A DNA stretch of 64,000 nucleotides from Octopus sinensis (taxonomy: Eukaryota), in contig NC_043014.1 of assembly GCF_006345805.1 (NCBI RefSeq), positions 43,710,001 through 43,774,000 on the forward strand. Reading direction: 5' to 3'. Within the stretch, counting starts at the first letter, position 1. Each line of letters begins with the position of its first letter. The translations under genes were made by a program, and so were the position numbers. Shown one piece after another: positions 25,187-37,720 of the stretch. A model generated the notes under the pieces. The model had not been told where the DNA came from. It worked only from the letters and a program-made list of their open reading frames with translations, and did not search any database.

Positions 25187-25350
25187 TATATACATATACA
25201 TATAAATATATACATATATATATACATATACATATAAATATATAAATATATATACATATACATACATACATATATATATATATACATATACATACATACA
25301 TACATACATCATACATATATACATACATACATACATATATATATATATAT
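25015..25350. repeat. (TA)n/(TACA)n microsatellite
   Basis: Read directly from the sequence. Confidence 0.95.
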
Positions 25351-26070
25351 GCTTCAGCGATTTCTTTGATTATATGATACCAATGTTACTTCCGTTCCTC
25401 TGCTTTTTTTTTTTTTTCCTTCTTTCTTTATTATTTAAAGCCTATCAAACAATGCACTGGTTTTGTATTGTATAAAATAATCGGTTTGGGTTACCTTATA
25501 ATCTCTTTAGAATTTATTCCTAAGTGTGTAAAGAAATCCGGCAGAATCATGCAAACTGACTTATAAGAAAAAAAAACTTCTGGAAATTCTAGGGTTGGTC
25601 GTGGTGGTGAGGTGTTGGCTTGTTTTTGTTTGCCTTTGAAAACAAGTATTTCTACGATTTGGTTCTGCAATATACAATGTTCATTCGCCGTGTGTTTATA
25701 TTTTTATATTTCACTAGCTTTGAATTACAGCTAATTTGTGTTGTCTACACCGTATATATGAGGCAGAAGCCGATTAGCAGAATTATTTGAGCGTTGGACA
25801 GAGGATGCCTTATGGCAATTGTTCAGGCTTTTGATTATTTAAAAAAATTTTTTTTTTCCTTCCCATTTTTGTTTTTGTTTTTCTCATTCTTATTTAAAAT
25901 CCTGCTGAAGTCAGCTTGGCCTTTATATTCATTTAGGGTTAATAATATAACATACTAGTCTTGACCGATGGACCGGCAAAATTGTTAGAGTATCAGAAAA
26001 GATGCTTTCTGGTATTTCATTCTGGGATTTAGCATTCTACATTCAATTCCTGCAGAAGTCAACTCAGCCT

Positions 26071-26392
26071 TTCATCCTCCAAGATGTTGGTAAAGTACCA
26101 GTCAAGTACTGGGGTCGATTGCCCCCTCTCCCCTTTTGTCTTGTTCTCTTTCACTTGGCTGTACAGCAACACTATGAAAGGGTTACTGTGTGGGTTGCTG
26201 ACAGTATCACTACCATTCCCAGAATGGAGAATTCATCCTCCAAGATGTTGGTAAAATACCAGTCAAGTACTGGGGTCGATTGCTCCCTCTCCCCTTTTGT
26301 TTCATTCTCTTTCACTTGGCTATACAGCAACACTATGAAAGGGTTATGGTGTGAGCTGCTCACAGTATCACTACCATTCCCAGAATGGAGGA
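26071..26392. repeat. 161-bp direct tandem duplication
   Basis: TTCATCCTCCAAGATGTTGG at 26071 and 26232; the unit is the 3' part of an S2 relic plus flank. Confidence 0.88.
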
Positions 26393-26604
26393 TGGTTGAA
26401 GTAGAGGCTAGCAACTGTTTTCCTTTAGTATGTTACAGAAATCACAAAAAGAAACCAAGGGACATACTGGATGTGGCTGATCTTATGTGCTGTTCAACAC
26501 AAAATTGTTTTAAAAATAACAATATGGCTTCACGTCATCGAAATCCTGAAGCTATGAGATAATGCAGGATCAATTTGAAACAGTATGAATAAATAAGCAA
26601 TACA

Positions 26605-26942
26605 GTTGATTGATTATACCAGTGTCGGTGGCACGTAAAAAGCACCATCCGAATCATGGCCGTTGCCAGCTTCGTCTGTTCTCCGTGCCGGTGGCACGTA
26701 AAAAGCATCATCCGATCGTGGCTGTTTGCCAGCCCCGTCTGGCACCTGTGCCGGTGGCACGTAAAAAGCACCCACTACACTCACGGAGTGGTTGGCGTTA
26801 GGAAGGGCATCCAGCTGTAGAAACACTGCCAGATCAGATTGGAGCCTGGTGCAGCCATCTGGCTTCCCAGACCCCAGTTGAACTGTCCAACCCATGCCAG
26901 CATGGAAAGCGGACGTTAAACGATGATGATGATGATGATGAG
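26605..26942 (+). mobile_element. RTE-like 3' end / SINE with three internal GTGCCGGTGGCACGTAAAAAGCA subrepeats (fragment also at 31050-31160)
   Basis: Same family as 23560, ending in (GAT)n. Confidence 0.78.
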
Positions 26943-27240
26943 AAGGTTAAAGTATATTTTGTAAACCTGTGGTGGTGCAGTTGGTGGGAACCAATGTACT
27001 TTATAGTGTAGTTAATAACTGTTTCCAACAATAAGTGTGGCTGTGTGGCAAGTGGCTTGCTTCCCAACCACTGGTTCGAGGTTCCATCCCACTTCATGGC
27101 ACCTTGAGCTAGTGTCTTCTATTATAGCCTCAGGCTGGCCAAAGCTTTGTGAGTGAATTTAGCAAATGGAAATTTAAAGAAGCCCATTGCATGTATTTAT
27201 TTATGTATGTATGTATGTATGTATGTATGTATGTATATAG

Positions 27241-27610
27241 ATCTATAATGGACTTTCCCGTTGTTAGACAACATATGAGTGTTTGACAATTTCTTACTGA
27301 ATAACCACACAGATGATTTGTTTATAGTAATCAAATGTTTGTGTAGACCTAAGCTCACTCCCCCCATCAGATCGACATTACCTGTACCAACAGGTGCCAG
27401 AAAGTTGAATCGTTAATCCCTACACATTTTTTTCTTTCTTCTTTTTCTTCATTCTCTCTGTTTTCCCCCCTTCAATCCTTTCTGTTGAAGAGCATAGGCT
27501 CGAAACATCAAAGAGTTTTTCATTCTTCCTGACTCTTAAACTAATGCCCCTACTTATTGTTCCCTTCACATGTCTTCGTCTTTTGTTTTCTGTAAATTTG
27601 AACTGTGAGT
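27241..27610 (+). mobile_element. Family C Penelope-like fragment inserted in the microsatellite of an S1 SINE
   Basis: 27420-27610 is homologous to the reverse complement of 49495-49686. It separates the S1 5' half (27035-27238) from the S1 3' half (27605-27845). Confidence 0.6.
27478..27513 (+). ncRNA. Degenerate minimal hammerhead (family C)
   Basis: CTTT-CTGTTGA-A-GAGC-ATAG-GCTC-GAA-ACAT-C-AAAG. The core has A6>T and stem III has G>A relative to the ACGT palindrome, so this copy is probably inactive. Confidence 0.55.
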
Positions 27611-28400
27611 GTGGGTGTGTCTTTGTGTCCGTCTCAGTCCTCCACCACTGCTTGAAAACTAGTTTTGGTGTTTTCATGTCTCTGTAACTTAGCATTTTGG
27701 CAAAAGAGACTGATAAAATAAGTATCAGGATTTAAAAAACAGAAACAAATAAAAAAAAAAATACAGGGTTAAATTTGTTCAACTAAAAGTCTTCAATGTG
27801 GTGCCCCAGCATGGCCACACTCTAATGACTGAAACATGTAAAAAAAATAGAACAGTGGCACAAGGCCAGAGATATAAGGAAATTTGGGTAGGGTTTAGGC
27901 CAATGAGATCAACCCCCTACTTGACTGGTATTTTATCACAATGACACCCACTCCCGCCTAAAAAGAGAAGTTGACCAGAATAGGATTTGAATTTGACGAT
28001 ATAAAGTGTCATAAGCATTTGCTGATATTTTATTGGACATTATTGTGTAAATAAGAATGTATGAAAAAGAACTTTCATTCACTCTAGATCCTAGTATTTC
28101 TGCAGTTTGGTTAGTATCATAATGTCTGTATGTAGACTTGTTCAATTCAGACATGTGTTGGTGTGGGTGGTGAGGAAAGAGTACAAAAGAAATTAAAACA
28201 GCTTCCACCACTTCACTTTTATTATTATTATTATTACTTACGCTCTTGAAAAACACGTGGCTCTCACTACTTCCTATTTCATTTTCTTTAAAAAGAGAAA
28301 TCTCGAGTTTTGCTGATATGTAAGTAATCTTTTATTGAAACCCAAACAGATTTTAAAAGAAAAAAAATATCCCCACATGAAATATCATGATGTCTCTTAA

Positions 28401-29124
28401 CCCTTTTGTTACCATATTTATTTTGAGATGCTCTGTGTTTCTTTGAATTACTTTCAATATAACAAAGAATTTAATAAAATAACGTAGTTATCACTCAGCT
28501 AGTGTTAGGAACATAGATTGTGACTAAGGTTTGGTGGAAGATTTTAATTCAAAACTTATGAAAAAAAGACATTTGTACTACAGAGCCAGAAGTGGTTTCA
28601 GCCGGGTTGGTAACGAAAGGGTTAAGAATTATTTCTCTATTATATATTTTAACCGTTTCATTACTGTAATTATTTTGAGATGCTCTGTGTTTCTTTGAAT
28701 TACTTTCAATATAACAAAGAATTTAATAAAATAACGTAGTTATCACTCAGCTAGTGTTAGGAACATAGATTGTGACTAAGGTTTGGTGGAAGATTTTAAT
28801 TCAAAACTTATGAAAAAAAGACATTTGTACTACAGAGCCAGAAGTGGTTTCAGCCGGGTTGGTAACGAAAGGGTTAAGAATTATTTCTCTATTATATATT
28901 TTAACCGTTTCATTACTGTAATTATTTTGAGATGCTCTGTGTTTCTTTCAATTACTTTAAATATAACAAAGAATTTAGTAAAATAACTTAGTTATCATGA
29001 AGCTAGTGTTAGGAACATAAATTGTGACTAAGATTTGGTGGAAGATATTAATTCAAAACTTACAAAAACAAGACATTTGTACTCAGAGCCAGAGGTGGTT
29101 TCAGCTGGGTTGGTAACGAAAGGG
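28401..29124. mobile_element. Three tandem piggyBac MITE A copies (28401-28621, 28653-28873, 28905-29124)
   Basis: Each copy is TTAA-flanked with CC..GGG termini; 252-bp period with an identical spacer. Confidence 0.88.
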
Positions 29125-29915
29125 TTAAGGTTTTAAAGGTAGATAGATGTCTTTTAGAAGCATATTGTTGCAAAATAATTTCTCTCTGGTCTTCCTTCTT
29201 TCTTGTCTGTCCCTCTTTCTTTCCCCCTTCCTCATCTTCTCCTTCCTTGACTCCCACTTTCTAATGTGGAGTTCTGCTTGAAATGTTGACTTTTCCTTTC
29301 CTCTCAGCAAATAATTTACCATTCCATTTTGCGGACTTCTTGCACATCACTGTTTTTTTATTTCTTTATTTCCCACAAGGGGCTAAACACAGAGGGGACA
29401 AACAGGGACAGACATTCTCTCCTTATACGAAGTTCATTTCTGAAATAGTCATAGTACCAATTTTCTGCCAAGTTCCTTGGTTTTAGCTCAAACCTACTAT
29501 CGCTAATTGGAACCAACGAAACGTCCTACGTTCCATTGCCAACCATCAAATATAGTTGTAGCCCTTATTTTAATTATATTAGACCAATCTCTCCCTATAC
29601 GTATCCCTCTTACTTTCCTTTCCATCATGTGATTCGAGTGTTTTATCTATTATATTTATCTGAACAGTTGTAATTTAGTTTACACTTATTTTGTCCACCT
29701 CCAGGGGTCATTAATCTTGTTAATGGGCCCGTGTCACTTGACCTATTTTTCCTCGATACACCATTTCAAATTTGAGTTAATTAATCAATAATTTTCTGTT
29801 TGTACTGCTCCTACCAGTTAATATTTCTGATATATGATATACGTGTCTAATTACTTTGCAATGTAAGAATATTTTTCTGTCCCTATTCCCTTCTTTCTTT
29901 CCATATCTTTCCTTT

Positions 29916-30132
29916 CCTTTCCTTTACTTGTGTCAGTCATTTGACTGCGGCCATGCTGGAGCACCGCCTTTAGTCAAGCAACTCGACCCCGGGACTTATT
30001 CTTTTGTAAGCCCAGTACTTATTCTATCGGTCTCTTTTTGCCGAACCGCTAAGTAACGGGGACATAAACGCACCAGCATCGGTTGTCAAGCAATGCTAGG
30101 GGGACAAACACAGACACACAAACACACACACG

Positions 30133-30175
<43 letters not shown>

Positions 30176-30320
30176 GAGCAAATCGACCCCGGGACTTATT
30201 CTTTGTAAGCCTAGTACTTATTCTATTGGTCCCTTTTTGCCGAACTGCTAAGTGACAGGGACGTAAACACACCAGCATCAGTTGTCAAGCAATGCTAGGG
30301 GGACAAACACAGACACACAA

Positions 30321-30351
<31 letters not shown>

Positions 30352-30523
30352 AATACATATATACGACGGGCTTCTTTCAGTTTGCGTCTACCAAATCCAC
30401 TCACAAGGCTTTGGTAGGCCCGAGGCTATAGCAGAAGACACTTGCCCAAGGTGCCACGTAGTGGGACTAAACCCGGAACCATGTGGCTGGCAAGGAAGCT
30501 ACTTACCACACAGCCACTCCTGC
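29916..30523 (-). mobile_element. S1 SINE with tandemly duplicated 3' half
   Basis: Tail to (TA)n at 29916-30172, then a second partial tail, microsatellite and head at 30173-30523. Confidence 0.88.
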
Positions 30524-31195
30524 ACTATGTATGCACACACACAAGCATACATACGTAATTAATCATGTACATATATGCACATTCCTTGTTCCCTCAGATG
30601 CAGTTATTTAAAAACCATTTTCATACTTATCTGGTTTCTTTGATTTTCTTTTTACTTACATTTTCTGAACATGTGTCCCCCACTCCTTAAATAGTCACCT
30701 GATAGCTTTTTTCCCCAGCAAAACACTTTATGATTCTGAAACAAACTTCGAGAGTCATTCGTATCCTGTTCTGTCCGGCGTTGCTGTTTATTTAAATTGT
30801 TAGTTCTTTATCGTCTGTAATACAAGCTCACAGGCCACAGCGTCTTAATTACAGAATTTGATAGGAAAAATGCTAATTTAAATCTTCTTCCTGGTTCCTT
30901 ATTGACTGTCAAGTTACATGGAAGATATGTTTGTAAGTATTCAACCTTTCGCAATACAGTCTAATGACGTGTTTGTGTATGTATGTATGTATGTATGTAT
31001 GTATGTGTCATGTGCGTGTGTCATGTTCTGCTGTGTAAATATATGTGAGAGGTATATAAATATCAGACTGGGCCTGATGCAGCCTTCTGGCTTCTCAGAC
31101 CCCAGTTGAATCGTCCAACCCATGCTAGCATGGAAAGCGGACGCTAAATGATGATGATGATAAATATAATAGGCAGTGAAACAGTTATGGACTCT

Positions 31196-31613
31196 CTTTA
31201 CTCTTTTACCTGTTTCGGTCATTTGACTGCGACCATGCTGGAGCACCGACTTCTAGTCGAGTAAATTGACCCCGGGACTTATTCTTTGTAAGCCTAGTAC
31301 TTATTCTATCAGTCTCTTTTGCTGAACTGCTAAGTAACGGGAACGTAAACACACCAGCATCGGTTGTCAAGCAATTGTGGGGGGACAAACACAGACACAC
31401 AAACATATACATACACACACATATATATATATATATATATACATATATACGATGGGCTTCTTCCAGTTTCCGTCTACCAAATCCACTCACAAGGGTTTGG
31501 TCGGCCCGAGGCTATAGTAGAAGACACTTGCCCAAGGTGCCACGCAGTGGGACTGAACCCGGAACCATGTGGTTGGTTAGCAAGCTACGTACCACACAGC
31601 CACTCCTGTGCCT
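31196..31613 (-). mobile_element. S1 SINE
   Basis: Full-length reverse complement. Confidence 0.9.
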
Positions 31614-31935
31614 ATTTAAGATTATCCTCAAATCAGTCTTATCTATCTTACCAGAGGCATCAAAGCTATGACCATACTCTTCTTTTTTTCGACATATTTT
31701 ATCTGGAACTACACCGTCTAATGTATCCCTCCTGCTTTTTTTTTTCTTTTTCTATTATTAACCTTTTAGAGTTTAAACTGGCTATATCCGGCCCAAATAT
31801 TCTACACATTTTATGCTCAAACTGGCCAAAACCAGCATCTCACACCTACCCTGCAATGTCATTCTAAAAATAAGCAATTACATCTTTCCTATCTTGAAGC
31901 TACAAAATAATATCAGATAATTTTTTTTTTATGTG

Positions 31936-32340
31936 AATAGGAGCGGCTGTGTGGTAAGTAGCTTGTTTACCAACCACATGGTTCTGGGTTCAGTCCCACT
32001 GCATGGCACCTTGGGCAAGTGTCTTCTACTATAGCCTTGGGCCGACCAAAGCTTTGTGAGTGGATTTGGTAGACAGAAACTGAACGAAGCCCGTCATATA
32101 TATATATATATGCGTTTGTGTGTCTGTGTTTGTCCCCCTAGCATTGCTTGACAATCGATGCTGGTGCGTTTATGTCCCCATTACTTAGCAGTTCGGCAAA
32201 AGAGACCGATAGAATAAGTACTGGGCTTACAAAAGAATAAGTCCCGGGGTCGAGTTGCTCGATTAAAGGCGGTGCTCCAGCATGGCCGCAGTCGGACGAC
32301 TGAAACAAGTAAAAGAGTAAAAAGTGAGAGAGTAAAGAGT
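31936..32340 (+). mobile_element. S1 SINE nested in a piggyBac-B MITE
   Basis: Full-length copy splitting the MITE at 31762-32375. Confidence 0.9.
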
Positions 32341-33085
32341 ATTACTTTTGACAAATTAATATGAATGCTAAAGGGTTAAGTCAGTTGAGTGTAATACAGG
32401 GCTGTTGTTTCTAGCTGGTAGTGAGACCATGTAGATGATCTCTCATCTTTAATGAAATGGCGAATGTAGTAGAGAATGAATGATATAGAAAATATAAAAT
32501 CAATTGATTACTGTAATGCCAGTCTGTATGATAGAGAACAGTAAGTGTGAAAGTCATAAGTAAATAATAAACAAGAGTTTGTTGTGTGTTAGTTTGCAAT
32601 CACGATTCTAAAATACACCGCAGTCGAAGTCACAATTTATTCCTGAGAATTAATTAGCATTTATTTAATTATTCTAGCTTGGAATATTATTAACAACTCT
32701 TATGTATTTGTATTTGATGGAATATTCTAGCAAAAGTCTAAGCTTTGCACAAAGTTGTTAATAAATTTTTGATCACTTCATTGTGTCAAAATTTCTTCTC
32801 TTCTTCCAGCCCCCCCCCCCTATTTTTAGTCTTCTGAGACAAAGACTGGTAAGGTCTTTGAAATGGGTGGTGAGCTCACTGAGCTCTCAGACGCTGGGCC
32901 CTCTCCAATGTGGATACAGTGGGTTATGTGAGGGGTGATATGCTTGCTATGTGTCAGACCTGAACTTACCCATGGAGGATGAATAAAATGAACATTAAAA
33001 GGATTTTGATGGTAATGATTCCTCTGAAGTAGAAGTTAGCTGTAAATAATAAATTCCATGGATTGTGTCTCAAGACCATTACTTG

Positions 33086-33394
33086 ACAATTGCAGCGTGG
33101 AAGGTGTTTATAAGCCATTTAAGAAACACACAAAAGCCGTTCGATTCACTTCAACATTTAAGTTTAATTTGTCAAAATATTTTTGTTGCTTTAAGACGGA
33201 TTTTTGTCAGTGAACAGGTCGCGGTCTTAAAGCGACGAAAATATTTTGACAAATTAAACTTAAATGTTGAAGTGAATCGAACGGCTTTTGTGTGTTTCTT
33301 AAATGGCTTACAAACACCTTCCACGCTGCAATTGTTTTCGTTTCAGCACACAATCTCAGGTCAGGTCACTTGCTATGCAAGTACATCCCCGTAA
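33086..33394 (+). mobile_element. Family B element with inverted 5' duplication (probable Penelope-like pLTR)
   Basis: About 110 bp at 33086-33198 are the reverse complement of 33224-33335. The 3' end CATCYCCGTAA is shared with the copies at 14263 and 45939. Confidence 0.8.
33203..33253 (+). ncRNA. Minimal type-I hammerhead ribozyme, G3-C8 core variant (family B)
   Basis: TTTGTCA-GTGAACA-G-GTCGC-GGTCTTAAA-GCGAC-GAA-AATATT-T-TGACAAA: 7-bp stem I, core with G3-C8, extra G, 5-bp stem II, palindromic stem III. Confidence 0.7.
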
Positions 33395-33566
33395 CAATTA
33401 CTTGAGTCATCAGGAAATTAGCAATGGAATTCATAGTAATGTACTGGCCTACCTGTACATCGGAGATGATGTAAAATGATGGTACTTGTTTGGTGCGCTA
33501 TTGGCCTTTATTTACAGAGAGACCTGTCGACTTCTCGCAGTTTTGCACTTTACCACATCATCATAC

Positions 33567-33765
33567 TGTGGAGGCACATGGCCTAGTAGTTAGAGCAGCG
33601 GACTCTTTCGCCACAGCTTTCTCTCATTCCTTCCTCCTGCATCTTGCAGCTCACCTGCGACGGACCGGCGTCTCATCCAGGTGGGAAACCTATACGCCAA
33701 GAAACCGGGAAACCGGGCCTTATGAGACTGGTATGGCTCGAGAAGGAACGCCAAACCAAACATCA
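33567..33765 (+). mobile_element. S3 SINE with internal deletion
   Basis: The head is joined directly to the 3' half at GACTC. Confidence 0.82.
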
Positions 33766-34117
33766 TCATACACGGATTAAGGTTCCTCAGTGGCACTGAA
33801 GGTGGATATGAGATCTTTTGGCACAGCTGTTTTTGCACTCCCTATTTGGTGCCACTGATATGACAACGACCTATTGATGTCAGATGCTTTAATGTTTCTT
33901 TTGTTACCCCTCAATTCAATTCAATTCAATTTTTATTGGCTCAAAAAGCAAAAGCAAGGCCATGTAGGGGGACAGGGAGTTCTGATTTAAAAAAAAAAGA
34001 AAAAAATGTTCTGCTTACAATTTATAGATTTCATTTCATCTAACAATTTTACTTGTAATGAACTGCAAGAATGCCCATGTCCCACCCTCTCTGAATGCTT
34101 CTAGTATTAGTATATAC

Positions 34118-34512
34118 TCTTACTCTCTTTTTTACTTGTTTCAGTCATTTGACTGCGGCCATGCTGGAGCACTGCCTTTAATCGAGCAACTCGACCCTGG
34201 GACTTATTCTTTTGTAAGCCCAGTACTTATTCTATCGGTCTTTTTTGCCGAACCGCTAAGTAACGGAGACATAAACACACCAGCATCGGTTGTCAAGCAA
34301 TGCAAGGGGGACAAACACAGACACACACATGCATAGATATATATACATATATACGACAGGCTTCTTTTCAGTTTCCATCTACCAAATCCACTCACAAGGC
34401 ATTGGTCGGCCCGGGGCTATAGCAGAAGACACTTGCCCAAGATGCCATGCAGTGGGACTGAACCATGTGGTTGGTAAGCAAGCTACTTACCACACAGCCA
34501 CTCCTGCGCCTA
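34118..34512 (-). mobile_element. S1 SINE
   Basis: Full-length reverse complement. Confidence 0.9.
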
Positions 34513-36143
34513 TAAAAAAAAAAAAAAGAGAGAGAGAGAAAAGAAGCTTAATGAAATTCTTGGTTTTGTGTTTCTAAGCATATATTTAGTATTAATAGCT
34601 CTCAGTTTAGACCATTCTCTTTGTTTTGTCTTTTTAACCTCTGACATCCCGACCTTTGACATTTTAAGTTGTTCATTAAAAGCCCAATATTTTGTGTTAG
34701 ACAAACGAGTTCTCTCTCTCCCAGTTTGCTACTGAAATATTTTATATTCTAATTAAAATTAATTTCCTCTCTTGTAAAAAGGCAATGCAGTCTGTTTGTT
34801 ATATATAAAGACAACAAAAGTTGTTTTTTTTTCTGCCTTCATATATTCCTAATGTCAGAGTTAGTTAATGCATGGATTTCTTTTCATTATAAGTCTTGCT
34901 AGTTCATTATTCCCCGCCCCCCCACCCCGACTTTATTTACTTCATTGATATCAGTTTCAAACCTCCTATTAGTAAAGGGGGTGGAAAAAAAATGCTCTCG
35001 GCTAAATTGGAAAAACACAAGGAGAGAGAGAGAGGTTAAAAAAAAGAAAAAGGCAAAAATCCTTTTCTTCCCTCACTTAGCCATCATTCTTTTTTTTTTA
35101 ACCCCATCAACCCAGCTTCACCCCCCCCCTCCATCACAATTTGTAAAGATGGCTCAGGGTGTTTTTTCTGTTGATTAGAACTTGTTTTTTAATGTAACCT
35201 CTGAATAATAAAAAAAAAAAATGCTCTTGCTTTCAAGAAGTTGGGTTTGTGTTTGGATTTTCATTCAAGATGATTTGTTATTGTTTATTTTAGTCAGTAT
35301 ATAAAGGGCATTTTATATTGGTGTTGTTTCTCTTGTTTTCATGCATGGGCTGACAATAATTAAGTTTTACTCTTCATAGATGTCGACCTTGCTTTGTAGT
35401 TTAAAAGCTCACTTTGCTACCATGTGGCGTCAGGTTCAGTCCCTCTGTACTGCACCATGGACAAGTGTCTCCTACTATAGCCCCAGATAGATCAATTCCT
35501 TGTGAACAAATCTGGGAGACAGAAACTGTGTAGAATCCCATTATAATCAGCAGATGCATTCATTAGACTAAAATAGCCATTTGTGTATCATACTTAATGT
35601 AAATACATCTTGAAAAAGCAAATTGCATGTAAGAGGCTTTTATTCAACCAGGTGATTAATTACAGTACCAGTGATTGTATAGTCACTGTTTTCAGTAGTG
35701 ACAGTAGTATCAGTAGTGACAGGTTTTGTCTTGCCAGGTAGTTAGTTGGCAGTGAATACATGCTACTGACGAAGTGCAATGAGAAAGAAATGCACATCCA
35801 GCAGTCTAACCTCTGCTGCTGGATGCTTTTCGACCACTACTGATATACTTGTGTTTGTAAACACAGCACACCCATAACAGATATTATCTCTGGACAAATA
35901 CCTGAGTAAATTTCATTTTGCCTGATTTATTTACATCACAGCTGACCACACACACACACACATATACTGGGTGTATTTAGTCTTATACTCAACTTCTTCT
36001 ATCTTGATAATTTCCTCTGGCACCCCATCATTACCATCTTTATCTTTTCCCCACTTACTGCTACTCACCATTTCATAACATGGGATAGCCACGCATCTCC
36101 TTTATTGCAAGAGAACTGTTCTTCTCCTGTTGCCATGCTTTAA

Positions 36144-36365
36144 CCCTTTCGTTACTATATTTATTTTGAGATGCTCTGTATTTCTTTGAATTACTTTAAA
36201 TATAACAAAGAATTTAGTAAAATAACTTAGTTATCATTAAGCTAGTGTTAAGAACATAAATTGTGACTAAGGTTTGGTGGAAGATTTTAATTCAAAACCT
36301 TATGAAAACTAGACATTTGTACTACAGAGCCAGAGGCGGTTTCAGTCAAGTTGGTAATGTAAAAG
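36144..36365. mobile_element. piggyBac-type MITE A
   Basis: TTAA|CCCTTTCGTTAC left end, degenerate right TIR, then TTAA. Confidence 0.8.
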
Positions 36366-36391
36366 TTAAATGTGTTATCTTACCGTTTTTA

Positions 36392-36429
<38 letters not shown>

Positions 36430-36432
<3 letters not shown>

Positions 36433-36644
36433 TAATCCCTTGACTATCATGGGTGTTACTCCACTCCCCCGCGACATGTGAAAATCCATAATGTAGAAAG
36501 AATACTGTATATTTTTTTAGAATTATTTTTATAATTTGCATATATTTATTCTATTATATATGCAATACAACACCATGGCGGAATCGCCGTAAGCTTAGAT
36601 AATAAACTACGATAGGTGAACCGCAATATAGTGAGGGCTTACTG
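36430..36644. mobile_element. Tc1/mariner (Tigger/pogo-like) MITE
   Basis: TA|CAGTAATCCCT..AGGGCTTACTG|TA. Confidence 0.75.
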
Positions 36645-36650
36645 TACACA

Positions 36651-36682
<32 letters not shown>

Positions 36683-37174
36683 GTAATTCTTCTTAGTTCC
36701 TCGTGTTTTGACTCTTGATTTGATTTCATAGCAGCAATGCGAAAATGCCTAATTAAAATCTCCGTTAGAACTCCCTTAAGTCCTGCAGTTACTAAAAGGT
36801 AAAAAAAGATAGATAACATTATATATATATACATATATAAACAAGAAAAGTATATAACAACAACTGTTTTCACTTGGCAATGATGAATGTTTGTTTCCTT
36901 CTAAATTAAAGGAGCTTACATGTATCCCGACGCGTGTACACACACACTCATGCTCACTCACACACACATAAAGGAGAAAAGAGATAATCTGTTTGTTGTC
37001 GGGTTTTTTTTGTTTTGTTTTGTGTTGTTTTTTCCTACGGTCTTTTCCACTTCACTTTCTGCCTTGTAAGATGTTAAGCTATAGATTAAGGAATGTTACT
37101 TGTGGATTTATTTTGTAAAGTTTCCATTTCTTTGAATCACATTTACTTTAAAATGAAAATTAATTAGTCTTTCG

Positions 37175-37515
37175 TACATGTATGTGTGTATGTATGTATG
37201 TATGTATGTATATTTGTGTGTTTGTATGTATGTATGTATGTATGTATGTATGTATGTATGTTTGTATGTATGTATGTATGTGTGTGTTTGTGTGTTTGTA
37301 TGTATGTATGTATGTATGTATGTATGTGTGTGTTTGTGTGTTTGTATGTATGTATGTATGTATGTATGTATGTGTGTGTCTGTGTGTGTATATATTTATG
37401 TATGTATATGTATATGTATATATATATACACACACACGCACACACACATACATGTATGTATGTATATATTGATACAGACATATATATATACACACACACA
37501 CACACATATACTGAC

Positions 37516-37559
<44 letters not shown>

Positions 37560-37658
37560 ATATTTATGTATGTATATATTAGCTTTTGGTATAAAACAGA
37601 GTTCATTTGCTGCCCTTATGATTAAATGTGTCTGTGTGTATATGCATTATGTGTTTAG

Positions 37659-37689
<31 letters not shown>

Positions 37690-37720
37690 CATGTATGCTT
37701 ATGTGTGTATGTGTATGTAT
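37175..37720. repeat. (TATG)n/(TG)n/(TA)n microsatellite
   Basis: Read directly from the sequence. Confidence 0.95.

Noticed and set aside
24773-25336. YI/MY/VC-repeat ORFs here and at 37160-37791, 44605-45328, 48554-49042 and 49863-50121
   Set aside because: (TA)n/(TG)n/(TATG)n contain no stops in most frames.
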